Assembly (NCBI GenBank): GCA_964440805.1
Contig: CAYTTR010000004.1
Coordinates: 15,040 to 79,039, forward strand
Reading direction: 5' to 3'
Origin: an uncultured Eubacteriales bacterium
Lineage (GTDB): Bacteria > Acidobacteriota > Aminicenantia > Aminicenantales > Aminicenantaceae
DNA length: 64,000 bases
The notes beneath the pieces were generated by a model. That model did no database searches, was not told where the DNA came from, and was given only the letters and a program-made list of their open reading frames with translations. A program made the translations under genes and the position numbers. Position 1 is the stretch's first letter. Every line of letters begins with the position of its first letter. Shown here piece after piece: positions 52,846 through 61,781 of the stretch.

Positions 52846-53417
52846 TCCTCCTTGGCTGCCTTTAATATCCGGCGAAGCTGTCTGGTATTTTTAATTTTTT
52901 CTTTTTTTAAGCTCATTCGTCCGGTCTTCATCAGGCTCATACCCATTGGGGCCATTTTGAGAAGCCCCATTGGATTTTTGGATTTAAGGTATAGATTGAG
53001 GACAAGCCAGGTTTCAGAGTTGCGGCCGTTTTTGGCAATCAGGCGGTGCATTTCCCGGGCCAGAACGGGCATGGAAAACTTGGAGGGATAAACTCCTTCT
53101 TCTATAGCTTTTCTTTTCAGAGCGTACATGACATCGGTTATTTTGATTTTAGAAGGGCAGCGGACCTGACAGGTGTAACATGACGGGCAGAGCCAGATGG
53201 TAAAACTTTTTAAGGCTTCTTCTTTAAATCCGTTTTTTATGAATGAGATGATTTTACGAGGGGGATAATCCATATAAATAGCCATTGGACAGGAACTGCT
53301 GCAAGTGCCGCATTGAATACAGCGGTCTATTTCCTCGCAGTGGGACATCTCCTTGATTTCGTCAAGGAAATTTCTGTCCAGTTCCTCTTCAAACTTAACT
53401 TTTCTCTGGATTTCCAT
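52842..53417 (-). CDS. hdrC: heterodisulfide reductase subunit C
   Basis: 191 aa with CIQCGTCSSSCP and CPSCYTCQVRCP. It overlaps hdrB by 4 nt. Confidence 0.85.
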   Translation of the reverse strand: MEIQRKVKFEEELDRNFLDEIKEMSHCEEIDRCIQCGTCSSSCPMAIYMDYPPRKIISFIKNGFKEEALKSFTIWLCPSCYTCQVRCPSKIKITDVMYALKRKAIEEGVYPSKFSMPVLAREMHRLIAKNGRNSETWLVLNLYLKSKNPMGLLKMAPMGMSLMKTGRMSLKKEKIKNTRQLRRILKAAKEE

Positions 53418-53634
53418 AAATCCTCCTTTTTTGAGATTTATATAGGGAAAGGGTAGGGAGGGAATGTCTTAAGGAAGGGACGGAAAACTACAGCCTTTTT
53501 TTTAGTAATTATAGTACATCCAAAATTGCGGAAGGCAGAACACGCTTATTAAGCGTATGATTTTAAAAATTCCTGCATCAATAAAACATATAATAATTAT
53601 CGGAAAACTATTGATTTCCCGAAAATTACGTTAA

Positions 53635-53663
53635 ATAATATTTTTTATAACAGGCCTTGTCAA
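53635..53663 (-). promoter_or_regulatory. candidate sigma-70 promoter for the hdr-nuoEF-mvh operon
   Basis: The minus strand reads TTGACA-N17-TATTAT, ~220 nt upstream of hdrC. It lies in AT-rich DNA, so a chance match is possible. Confidence 0.3.
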
Positions 53664-53792
53664 CATAAAATTCAAAATTATCTTAAATTCCAACTTTTAA
53701 TAGAAAAACTCAAGATGTAATAATTTTTTTTCGGGGAAAAAGCAAAAAAATAAATTAAAAAATTATTTGTGGTTATAAAAAAGATAGATATT

Positions 53793-53830
53793 AAAAAAAG
53801 AAGGGGGGAGAAGCCCTCTGCTTCTCCCCT
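53793..53830 (-). terminator. rho-independent terminator after the LTXXQ gene
   Basis: On the minus strand a 9-bp GC-rich stem GGGGAGAAG / CTTCTCCCC encloses a 7-nt loop and is followed by TTCTTTTTTTAA. It lies 30 nt after the stop at 53862. Confidence 0.75.
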
Positions 53831-53861
53831 CCGATCGGCTTGAGACAATTCTTTTTTTGTA

Positions 53862-54383
53862 TTATCTCTTGTGGAAGAATCCGCGGTCTTTCATTCTGAT
53901 TCCACGGTGGTGACCCATATAGCCATGACCGCAACCGGCAGCACAGGCTCCCATACAGCTTCTGCTACCCATGAAATGGCCGGGAGTCATTTTGTCGAAG
54001 ATTTTCTTCTGGTCTTCGGTCAGAACATTTCTGATTTCCTGACGGTGGGCATAGGCTTTTTTCTGCATTTCAGCTCGTGCTTTGGCGATTTCATCTATCA
54101 TGGCGTTTATTTTGGCGGAATCAGCCTTGTCCATGGTCAGAGCTCGAAGGTCAAGCATTTTGGCCTTGAGTTCTGTCTGCATAGTCAGCCTTTCTTTTTG
54201 AAATACGAGCTTCATTTTCTGAATTTTTTCCATCTGTTCCGTGGTCAGATTTAACTGCGTCTTACACATCATTTCCTGACCCTTAATCGGTTTTTCTTCC
54301 TGAGCTTTTTGGGCAGACAGCGGAACCATAGCTGCCAAAGCAATGATTAGAGCCCCTACCGTAATTCGATTTAGTTTTTTCAT
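53862..54383 (-). CDS. periplasmic Spy/CpxP-family (LTXXQ) protein with a Cys/His/Met-rich tail
   Basis: It has a signal peptide, LTXXQ motifs (LNLTTEQMEKI, VLTEDQKKIF) and the tail CMGACAAGCGHGYMGHHRG. Confidence 0.7.
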   Translation of the reverse strand: MKKLNRITVGALIIALAAMVPLSAQKAQEEKPIKGQEMMCKTQLNLTTEQMEKIQKMKLVFQKERLTMQTELKAKMLDLRALTMDKADSAKINAMIDEIAKARAEMQKKAYAHRQEIRNVLTEDQKKIFDKMTPGHFMGSRSCMGACAAGCGHGYMGHHRGIRMKDRGFFHKR

Positions 54384-54416
54384 TTTTTACCTCCTATTTT
54401 ACCTCCTATTAAATTT

Positions 54417-54971
54417 TTAATGGTATACCATGGTTTTCATGATCGATTTATTTCTATTCTTTTCTATTTTTCTGCCCTCTGCGGGCGGTTTTTCGGATGG
54501 ATGGTGATCTTTTATGGTCCGGCCGCAGACATGGCGTTCGAACATTGAGAAATAGTGTTTCCTTTGTCTCTGGTCCAGGATAGATTTCTCCTGGAGAAGA
54601 TTCATAACCGCTTTTTTCTGGATTTCCGCCTGGAGAAGGCTTATCTCATCGATCAATTTGTTGATTCTGGTCATATCCGGCTTTTCGCTCCGGATTTCTT
54701 CAATAAGAACTCTTTTTTTCTCCTGGATTTCCTGGATTTCAGGTCTTATTTGCTGCCTGTAGGAAAGTCTCCGGACTCTTAATTTTTGGATTTGTCCCGG
54801 CGTCAGGCCGAGTTCTTTTCTGACTGATTCAACGGTTTCGCCTGGATCAGGTGGAGCAAAGGGTTTTTCCTGGGAAAACAGCCGGTTGTAACTTAGGGTA
54901 AAAAGAGCAGTCAAATTGACGGCGATAAGAAAAACTAAGATATATGTCAAATGTTTATTCTTTTTTTTCAT
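54417..54971 (-). CDS. membrane-anchored LTXXQ-motif periplasmic protein
   Basis: It has an N-terminal TM anchor, LGLTPGQIQKL and a coiled-coil-like remainder. It overlaps the anti-sigma gene by 4 nt. Confidence 0.6.
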   Translation of the reverse strand: MKKKNKHLTYILVFLIAVNLTALFTLSYNRLFSQEKPFAPPDPGETVESVRKELGLTPGQIQKLRVRRLSYRQQIRPEIQEIQEKKRVLIEEIRSEKPDMTRINKLIDEISLLQAEIQKKAVMNLLQEKSILDQRQRKHYFSMFERHVCGRTIKDHHPSEKPPAEGRKIEKNRNKSIMKTMVYH

Positions 54972-55462
54972 GACCGGCCCTCCTCAGCTACATTATTAGT
55001 GTTTAGATAAAGATAAGCATCAGCCAATGAATCTGAAGGAATCTCTTCGAACTTGTTGAAGTATTCAGATACAAACTCAGAAGTCTTATCTTGGCTGATT
55101 TTGGATGGAGAGTAGGCAAGTTGGATTCCAGTAATAATGCCCAGGAGGATGAGTGCTGTGACTGGAACTGCCCGAAGCAAGGGTTTCAACCCGGTTAGAA
55201 TTTTTTTTGGAGCAGCTTCTTGATGTTCATATTCTTCGATTTTGTTTATAAGCCTGCTTAAAAAATAAGGAGAAGGTTCTATTTCTGTCGGTGATTCAAT
55301 CCTGTTCCATAATAGAGAGAAATCCTTTATCAGCCGGGAACATTGAGGACAGGAGTCCAAGTGAGCCCGGAGTATCTCTTCGGGAAGTGATGGGATTTTC
55401 TTTTTTTCCGCGATGTCCACCAGGTGAGCTTTCACCAAGCGGCAGGTTTTGTTTTTTTTCAT
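54968..55462 (-). CDS. anti-sigma factor (zf-HC2 type), single-pass membrane protein
   Basis: An N-terminal H/C pattern (CRLVKAH...HLDSCPQC) and a central TM (AVPVTALILLGIITGIQLA) are present, and it lies directly downstream of the ECF sigma gene. Confidence 0.7.
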   Translation of the reverse strand: MKKNKTCRLVKAHLVDIAEKKKIPSLPEEILRAHLDSCPQCSRLIKDFSLLWNRIESPTEIEPSPYFLSRLINKIEEYEHQEAAPKKILTGLKPLLRAVPVTALILLGIITGIQLAYSPSKISQDKTSEFVSEYFNKFEEIPSDSLADAYLYLNTNNVAEEGRS

Positions 55463-55516
55463 TTTTCCAACCTTTACATTTAATTAGACACAGGTTTTTC
55501 CAAAAAACTTGCGTCG

Positions 55517-56110
55517 CTATTTATTTTTTTCCATAACCTCAAGGAGAATATCGCGAAGGGCATTTTTTGCCCGGTGAATTCTCGACTCAACCGAGGATAG
55601 TGACGTATTTAAAATTTCGGCAATCTCCCGGTAAGAAAGGCCTTCCCAGTAATGAAGAATGAAAGCCGTCCTTTGTTTTTCCTGGAGAGAGTCGAGAGCT
55701 TTATTTATAAATTTTCTTTCTTCTTTTTTCTCAAATGCTTCCTCCGGCGATTGATTGGGAAATGACTGTAAGATGTCAACATGCCTGGTTCTGCTTTCCT
55801 GTTCATCAACAGATGATTTATTCTGGGAAAATCTTTTTTGCTTTCTATTGAAGTTCAGCGAGCGGTTGACGGCAATCCGGTAGAGCCAGGTGGACAGTTT
55901 ACTCCGGCCGCGAAAGCTTTTTGCCTGCCGGTAGACTTGGAAAAAAACTTCCTGAGCCACATCTTCTGCATTTTCCCTGTCTCCGGTAAGGCGAAAGCAA
56001 GTGTTGAGGATAAGGCTCTGATAGCGGTTAACCAGTTCCTGGAATGCCAGCAGGTCCTTTTGGGCAATTTTCTGCATGAGTTTAAAATCATTTCCCAAAG
56101 ACTGTTTCAT
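55517..56110 (-). CDS. ECF-type RNA polymerase sigma-70 family factor
   Basis: Region 2 is AEDVAQEVFFQVY and STWLYRIAVNRS. Region 4 is LSYREIAEILNTSLSSVESRIHRAKNAL. Confidence 0.9.
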   Translation of the reverse strand: MKQSLGNDFKLMQKIAQKDLLAFQELVNRYQSLILNTCFRLTGDRENAEDVAQEVFFQVYRQAKSFRGRSKLSTWLYRIAVNRSLNFNRKQKRFSQNKSSVDEQESRTRHVDILQSFPNQSPEEAFEKKEERKFINKALDSLQEKQRTAFILHYWEGLSYREIAEILNTSLSSVESRIHRAKNALRDILLEVMEKNK

Positions 56111-56204
56111 AAATTAATTATCCGCCTTAATTTCTATTATTATGACAGTTTAAGTAAAAAATATCCATTTATCGGCCGATAACAATCAAGGCCCACCAAT
56201 TTTT

Positions 56205-56345
56205 CTTCTAATTAATTACCCAAGACAGTCATGCGGCCGGCTTCAGATAAAAAATGATAAACGAGATGAACCAGATAAACTAAACAAACCGGCCAAACCA
56301 AATAAACTAAATAGACGATATAAACTAAATAGACTGAACAGACAG
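56205..56345 (+). repeat. intergenic repeat element, locus R5 (head + uninterrupted 10-unit 9-nt array)
   Basis: The head is taattaattaccca. The array at 56256-56345 reads gataaacga gatgaacca gataaacta aacaaaccg gccaaacca aataaacta aatagacga tataaacta aatagactg aacagacag. Confidence 0.8.
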
Positions 56346-56350
56346 ACCAT

Positions 56351-57886
56351 TTAAATATATTTTCTTACAATATGGGATAAATTACCTATCAGGACTACGA
56401 TGGCTCCTCCTATAATTACATAAAGAGTCCAGGCAACAGCCAGCCCTTCACCAGGCAGAATTTGCTGTGCCGGTCCTTTTACCAGAAAGAGCAGAGCCGT
56501 CAATCCGGAAAAAAAGCCGATAAGGGCATCCCGGCGGTCTACCTTTCGGGAAAGCATTCCCAAGGCGAAAGCTCCCAATAAACCGCCGTAAGTGTAGGAA
56601 GCGATACCCAGTCCGAGCTCAACAGCAGCCGGTCTTTCTCCCATAGATTTCAATTGAATCAGAGCAAATATAAAAGCAGAACTGGTGATTATTAATCCCC
56701 AGAAACCGGTAATTATTCTGGAAATGCGGAGATCCTTTTTAACGGAGTTGTTTTTTCCCCAGTAAGGTTTATAGATGTCCATAGTGGTGGCTGAGGCTAA
56801 GGAATTTATGGATGAAGAAAGAGTGCTCATGGCTGCTGCCAGAACAGCAGCAACTATCAAGCCGGAAAGTCCGGGGGGCATTTGCTCCACGATGAATTTG
56901 GCAAAAATTTCATCATGGGTAGCCAGCCCTAATTGAGCCGGAGTTTTACCGGCATAAAAACTGAAAAGAAGAAGACCGATAAACATGAAAAAAGCATATT
57001 GGGCAAAGACCACCAATCCGCTGACTGTCAAGGCTTTCTGGCTTGCTCTCATGCTCCTGGTAGCAAGCAGGCGCTGGACTATGAGTTGGTCGGTTCCATG
57101 GGAAGCCACTGAGAAAACCGCTCCGCCGATTACGGCTGTTATCAGAGTATAGGGTTGAGCCAGAAAGTCACTCCAACTGAGGTCAAAGCCCAGGTAGAAA
57201 AGTTTCAATTTGCCGGAACTTTGAGCCGCAGTTATTACTCCGGTTAATCCTTGCGGCAGGCGGGTTAATATTATCAAAGCTGCCATTATGGCTCCGCCGA
57301 TATAGACACCCATCTGGACAACATCCATCCAGACAACTGCTTTTATTCCGCCCAGACAGGTATAAACAAGAGTGGCTAAGGATATTATAAATATGGAAAG
57401 AAGGTAAATGCTCAGAGCGGGAATCTTTATGCCAGCCAGCCTGAGAATAATGGCCACCGGGATGGCTGAGGCAAAAAGACGGACTCCATCTGCCAGCAGG
57501 CGGGTTACCATGAAGGTGGTGCTGGTTATATTCCTCATGCTGTTACCGAAACGCTGCCCCAGGTATTGATAGGCAGTGGACATTTCGCCTTTATAAAATT
57601 TCGGCAGAAATAAAAGGCTGACCGCAATCCGGCCCAGAATATAGCCCATGGCTATTTGGAGAAAAGTTAAATTTCCGGTATAAGCTACGGCCGGGATGCT
57701 GATAAAGGTCAGAGTACTGGTTTCGGTAGCTACAACCGAAAAAAGAACAGCCCACCAGGGTATTTTATGGCCTCCTAAAAAATAATCCTCCGGGCTACGT
57801 TGCTTTCCTGAAACCATGATACCGAAGAAGCTTACTCCGAGCAGGTAAAGAGCAACAATGACATAATCGATAACCGCAAATCCCAT
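56351..57886 (-). CDS. sodium:solute symporter family transporter
   Basis: 511-aa polytopic protein with SSF-like segments (WWAVLFSVVATETSTLTFISIP; GGIKAVVWMDVVQ). Confidence 0.8.
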   Translation of the reverse strand: MGFAVIDYVIVALYLLGVSFFGIMVSGKQRSPEDYFLGGHKIPWWAVLFSVVATETSTLTFISIPAVAYTGNLTFLQIAMGYILGRIAVSLLFLPKFYKGEMSTAYQYLGQRFGNSMRNITSTTFMVTRLLADGVRLFASAIPVAIILRLAGIKIPALSIYLLSIFIISLATLVYTCLGGIKAVVWMDVVQMGVYIGGAIMAALIILTRLPQGLTGVITAAQSSGKLKLFYLGFDLSWSDFLAQPYTLITAVIGGAVFSVASHGTDQLIVQRLLATRSMRASQKALTVSGLVVFAQYAFFMFIGLLLFSFYAGKTPAQLGLATHDEIFAKFIVEQMPPGLSGLIVAAVLAAAMSTLSSSINSLASATTMDIYKPYWGKNNSVKKDLRISRIITGFWGLIITSSAFIFALIQLKSMGERPAAVELGLGIASYTYGGLLGAFALGMLSRKVDRRDALIGFFSGLTALLFLVKGPAQQILPGEGLAVAWTLYVIIGGAIVVLIGNLSHIVRKYI

Positions 57887-57887
57887 T

Positions 57888-59993
57888 CTAAAAATTCTCC
57901 GGCGGTGATTTTTTCAGCATCGATTTTGGCAGAAGGAAGTCTGGATTAAGCCGGGAGAGGTAGTTTTCAAGCCCTTCTTTTTCTGAAGTGGACATAGCCT
58001 CTTCCCAGCTTACATAACTTTTTTTCTTCATGGCTTCAAGTATCCTTATTATAGAGAGGGTAACTTCGCTGGCAAGGCATTTTTTTCGGCCGGTAAATTC
58101 CAGAGCATCGAAAAGAACAGCATTTGCCTGGGCATAGGAGACCGGGGTTTGCCGGCCGTAGTGCTGGCTCCAATTTGAGCTTCCCAGGACATCATTGACA
58201 TGACTTTTAATAAGATAGGTTGCCCGGCCGATAAGTTTGAGGTTGCTGGGATTAACGCTGGTCATAGTGTTTCCCACTATTTTTCCCAGGACAGCCATTA
58301 CTCCTGTTGAATGGGTATTGAGCAGCATTTTAAGAAGCACCTGTTTTCTTAGTCCTAAAGGATCCGATACTCCCTTCAAAGGAAGGTAAAGAAGGCCATT
58401 TTTATTGGAATCAAAAAGTGATTTATTAACAGCCGGTTTGCTTGACTCCGAAGCGGAGTCGGTTAGAAGAATTAAGCTCAGGGCGGCTTTGTTTTTTTTC
58501 AAAATCCGGATAAATTTTAAAAATGAAGATTCTTTTTTATTGAGCTCTTCCAGTTCTTCATCCTGGAGGATTATAACTCCCAGGTCTCCTTTTTTGGGAC
58601 ACCTTGATTTTATGTTTTTTTCTGAAAAGGAGAAGTCATAAAGCTCAGCCTGGTTTTTTCCGGCTTTGGCCAAGCTTTTAATTGCCGTTTCTTTGAGATA
58701 AGTGTCTTTGACCTTATTGACAAGATGGGATCTGTAAAATGAATCTTTGAGGCCTCTGAATGACCTGCCTAATAAAATAGTCCAGGCATTGCTGCTGTCC
58801 TGAGCTTCAGTCCAGACCTGAATCCAGCTTAGAGTTTTTTTTGCACCAACAGGGTCCAGAGGATGGAGATGAAAGGTGGGGTTTCTTTCAGCGCAGTCGA
58901 CAAAAACTGTGGAAAGAGCTTTTTTAGCGAAATAAGTTGTCCGTTTGCCTTTACGGTAGGTTTGAGCCTCTTTATAAGTAAGTTCGGCCAGATCATCTAT
59001 TTTGGAAGAAAGGAGGTTTTTTAGTTTATTGAACGAAATAATTTTTTCACTAAGGCTTGTCGACGGTTGAAAGCCCAAACCGGTCAATTCACTTTCGGTC
59101 ACGAAGCTTTCAAGAAAAGCTTGGATCCCGCTTTCTATAATTACTCCCAGGATAAAGGTTTCCGATGTAGCCGCCTGCATTCGGGTTGAGCCGGTTACGG
59201 CCTGAGGGCCTGTAGTCAGATTTATTTTGGTAACGGCCGGATTTTCCAGCACTCGCCGGCTTCGCTCCAAGGGCATTAATACTTCTTCAGGGTTGTTGAA
59301 AATAAAATAAATATTATTTTTTGCCTCGGCCGTTTTTTCTTGAGTTAACCTTCCGTAAAGCTTAACCGCACCCAAGACGGCTCCGATAACAGAGGAGGTT
59401 TCTCCCCCTTCGGTTATACAGAAAACAACATCGCCTCTCTCAATTCTTCTTTCAGCCAGTTGAAGCTCTCCCATTATTTCCAGGTCTTCGAAGCCTTCAA
59501 GAGCGCTGATGAAAGCTCTGTCTCCACCGGTTATTTCACCTATAAGAAGCTCTTCGATATGTTCTGAAACGAAAGGGGCTAATTTTTGCCGGATAGGACT
59601 TTTTTTAGTTTTTTTCCAAAAGGGCCGCCAAATGGCACTTTCCATTTGTTTGGCCAGCCTGCCGGTGGAGCCGCAGCCGTAGATAAAGATTTTTTTCTTT
59701 TCCCTTATAGCCCGGGTTACGGCCCAGCCTGCCTGCTCTATAAGGCCTAACATTTTTTCATCGCCGGCTATTTTGTTGAATTTCAAGGAAATATCTTCAT
59801 CCACAGAAAGAATCTGGTTCAACCCCTCTTTAATATTTTTTTTGATAGTAAAAGTCAGATTCCAGGTTCGTGGATGTCTTTGTTCGGTAATCAGAGAATG
59901 GAGTTGGTATTGTTTTTTGTTTTTTACATAGCCCTTAGATTGGGGCAAAGGAGTTATCTTTAAAAGAGACAGGACATCTGGAGTTTTGTTCAT
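57888..59993 (-). CDS. double-SIS protein of the MurQ / glucokinase-regulator (GckR) type
   Basis: 701 aa. MurQ-like segments are SLITEQRHPRT, KIFIYGCGSTGRLA, CITEGGETSSVIG and the late LKMLLNTHSTGVMAVLGKIVGNTMTSVNPSNLKLIGRA. It ends 1 nt before the symporter gene. Confidence 0.55.
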   Translation of the reverse strand: MNKTPDVLSLLKITPLPQSKGYVKNKKQYQLHSLITEQRHPRTWNLTFTIKKNIKEGLNQILSVDEDISLKFNKIAGDEKMLGLIEQAGWAVTRAIREKKKIFIYGCGSTGRLAKQMESAIWRPFWKKTKKSPIRQKLAPFVSEHIEELLIGEITGGDRAFISALEGFEDLEIMGELQLAERRIERGDVVFCITEGGETSSVIGAVLGAVKLYGRLTQEKTAEAKNNIYFIFNNPEEVLMPLERSRRVLENPAVTKINLTTGPQAVTGSTRMQAATSETFILGVIIESGIQAFLESFVTESELTGLGFQPSTSLSEKIISFNKLKNLLSSKIDDLAELTYKEAQTYRKGKRTTYFAKKALSTVFVDCAERNPTFHLHPLDPVGAKKTLSWIQVWTEAQDSSNAWTILLGRSFRGLKDSFYRSHLVNKVKDTYLKETAIKSLAKAGKNQAELYDFSFSEKNIKSRCPKKGDLGVIILQDEELEELNKKESSFLKFIRILKKNKAALSLILLTDSASESSKPAVNKSLFDSNKNGLLYLPLKGVSDPLGLRKQVLLKMLLNTHSTGVMAVLGKIVGNTMTSVNPSNLKLIGRATYLIKSHVNDVLGSSNWSQHYGRQTPVSYAQANAVLFDALEFTGRKKCLASEVTLSIIRILEAMKKKSYVSWEEAMSTSEKEGLENYLSRLNPDFLLPKSMLKKSPPENF

Positions 59994-60139
59994 TTTCGAT
60001 TTTTTATAAGGTGATAAGCCTTGGTTAAAGAAAATAAAATTCCCCTTCTTAACCTGAGTAAATGGATTTGCAGGAATTTATAATCCACTCACTTTCTCTC
60101 AGTAACGTTGAGACCATTAACACCATAAGGCTGTTTATG

Positions 60140-61309
60140 TCAAGTTGGAGAACTCGAATTTTCTTTTTTGACAAATAGTAAAAGGATCCCTGCAACAATA
60201 GTTAGAAATAGAGAGAAAATGAATGGGGCTAACATTCCCCAGGATTCCCAGAGAATACCAGCCAGGAAAGAAGCAGGGAAAGTACACAAGCCAGTGATCA
60301 TCTGGTATCCTCCCAGAGCGCTGGCTCTGAAAGACTGAGGAGCCAGCTCACAGACAAAAGTTGTCTGGACAGGTTCAAAGGCACCTTTATGGGCACCGTA
60401 TAAAACAAATCCCGCTGCGACCAGGGCAATGCTTTCCCCCAGAATAAAGCAGGTCAAAACCAAGGCCCAAAGAAGAAAAGAAAAGAGGAGGACCGGTTTT
60501 CTGCCGATTCTGTCAGAAATTTTCCCCATGGGAGTGGAAAAAAGTGAGGCTACTGCAGTAAAAATAAGATAAAGCACCGGAACAAAAGCTGGTTTGAAAC
60601 CGGTTTCCTTAGCATAAATTAGCAAGAATGAATAGCTGAATGCTCCCAAAGTAAAAACAGCGCTTAAAGATAAAAACAATTTAAAATTCTTATTCAGGTC
60701 TTTTAAGGTAATCCCTTTATAGAGTTTAATTTTTTCCGTTTTTCTTTCTTTAATGAGAAAAAAGACCAAACCGGCACTGATTAAAGAAGGAACGGCGGCC
60801 AAGGCGAAAAGCAAGCGGTAACCGAGGAGATTAAAAAAAGCTATACAAATCAGAACACCGCAAAAAGCTCCCAGATGATCCATGGCCCTGAGGAGGCCGA
60901 AATTTTTCCCCCGTTCTTCGGCTGAAGAAATATCTGCTACCAAGGCATCCCGGGGAGAGCTGCGGATTTTTCCGCTTCTGTCCAGAATGCGGAAAGGAAT
61001 TAAATGAGTCCAGACTGATGAAGCAGCATAGCCCAAGCGGGAGAGAGAACCGAAAAGATACCCTGTCCAGATAAAAATTTTCCTCCTTTTAAGTCGGTCT
61101 GAAAAATAGCCGGAGGCAAATTTGGAAAGAGAGACTAAGGCTTCTCCCAGCCCATCCAGGAAGCCGAGGGCGGTCATGTTAGCCCGCAATATCTGGGTTA
61201 CAAAAAGGGGCCAAATAGGATAAATGATATCTGAACCCAGGTCATTCAGAAATGAGGCAGCGGCGAAAGTCCTGACTACTTTTTTGGGTGTTTCTTTATT
61301 CTTGGTCAA
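60140..61309 (-). CDS. MFS transporter
   Basis: 389 aa with ~12 TM segments and an MFS loop 2-3 motif-like GYFSDRLKRRKIF plus a second GKISDRIGRKPV. Confidence 0.75.
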   Translation of the reverse strand: MTKNKETPKKVVRTFAAASFLNDLGSDIIYPIWPLFVTQILRANMTALGFLDGLGEALVSLSKFASGYFSDRLKRRKIFIWTGYLFGSLSRLGYAASSVWTHLIPFRILDRSGKIRSSPRDALVADISSAEERGKNFGLLRAMDHLGAFCGVLICIAFFNLLGYRLLFALAAVPSLISAGLVFFLIKERKTEKIKLYKGITLKDLNKNFKLFLSLSAVFTLGAFSYSFLLIYAKETGFKPAFVPVLYLIFTAVASLFSTPMGKISDRIGRKPVLLFSFLLWALVLTCFILGESIALVAAGFVLYGAHKGAFEPVQTTFVCELAPQSFRASALGGYQMITGLCTFPASFLAGILWESWGMLAPFIFSLFLTIVAGILLLFVKKENSSSPT

Positions 61310-61781
61310 AGTGTTTTTTCCCGGATCTTTGATTTTAGAAGTGAATTTTACAAGATGTCTGAATATATTTCATCTCCTGATTCATCCTGATAGGAAGCTT
61401 TATTTTGCTGAAAGATTTTATTTGCTGTAAAAAGGGGAAGCTGATCCAGGAGGAGTTCATTGGATTTCTGTATTTTCAGTTGTAATTCCAGATTTTACTG
61501 CAATCTGCAAGAGGAAAACTTAAAGAGAAAATTGCTTCGCTGGCTGTGAGAAAGAGCAAGGTCTTTGACTTAAAGAATTTATTTATTTATCTTGAAATAC
61601 AATGCATTTTTTGAGCTTGTCTTCTAAATCTTCTTTATTTGGCAAAGAACAAGTTCGACTTATTCTTTATAAAAACCGTTTCAGCGGATTATAATCATTT
61701 TCCTCCCTCTTACTTTTAATTGATTTTGATCTTTCTTTAGTTGAGAAAACATTTAGGTTTTTTTATTAGCTGGAGGAAAAA

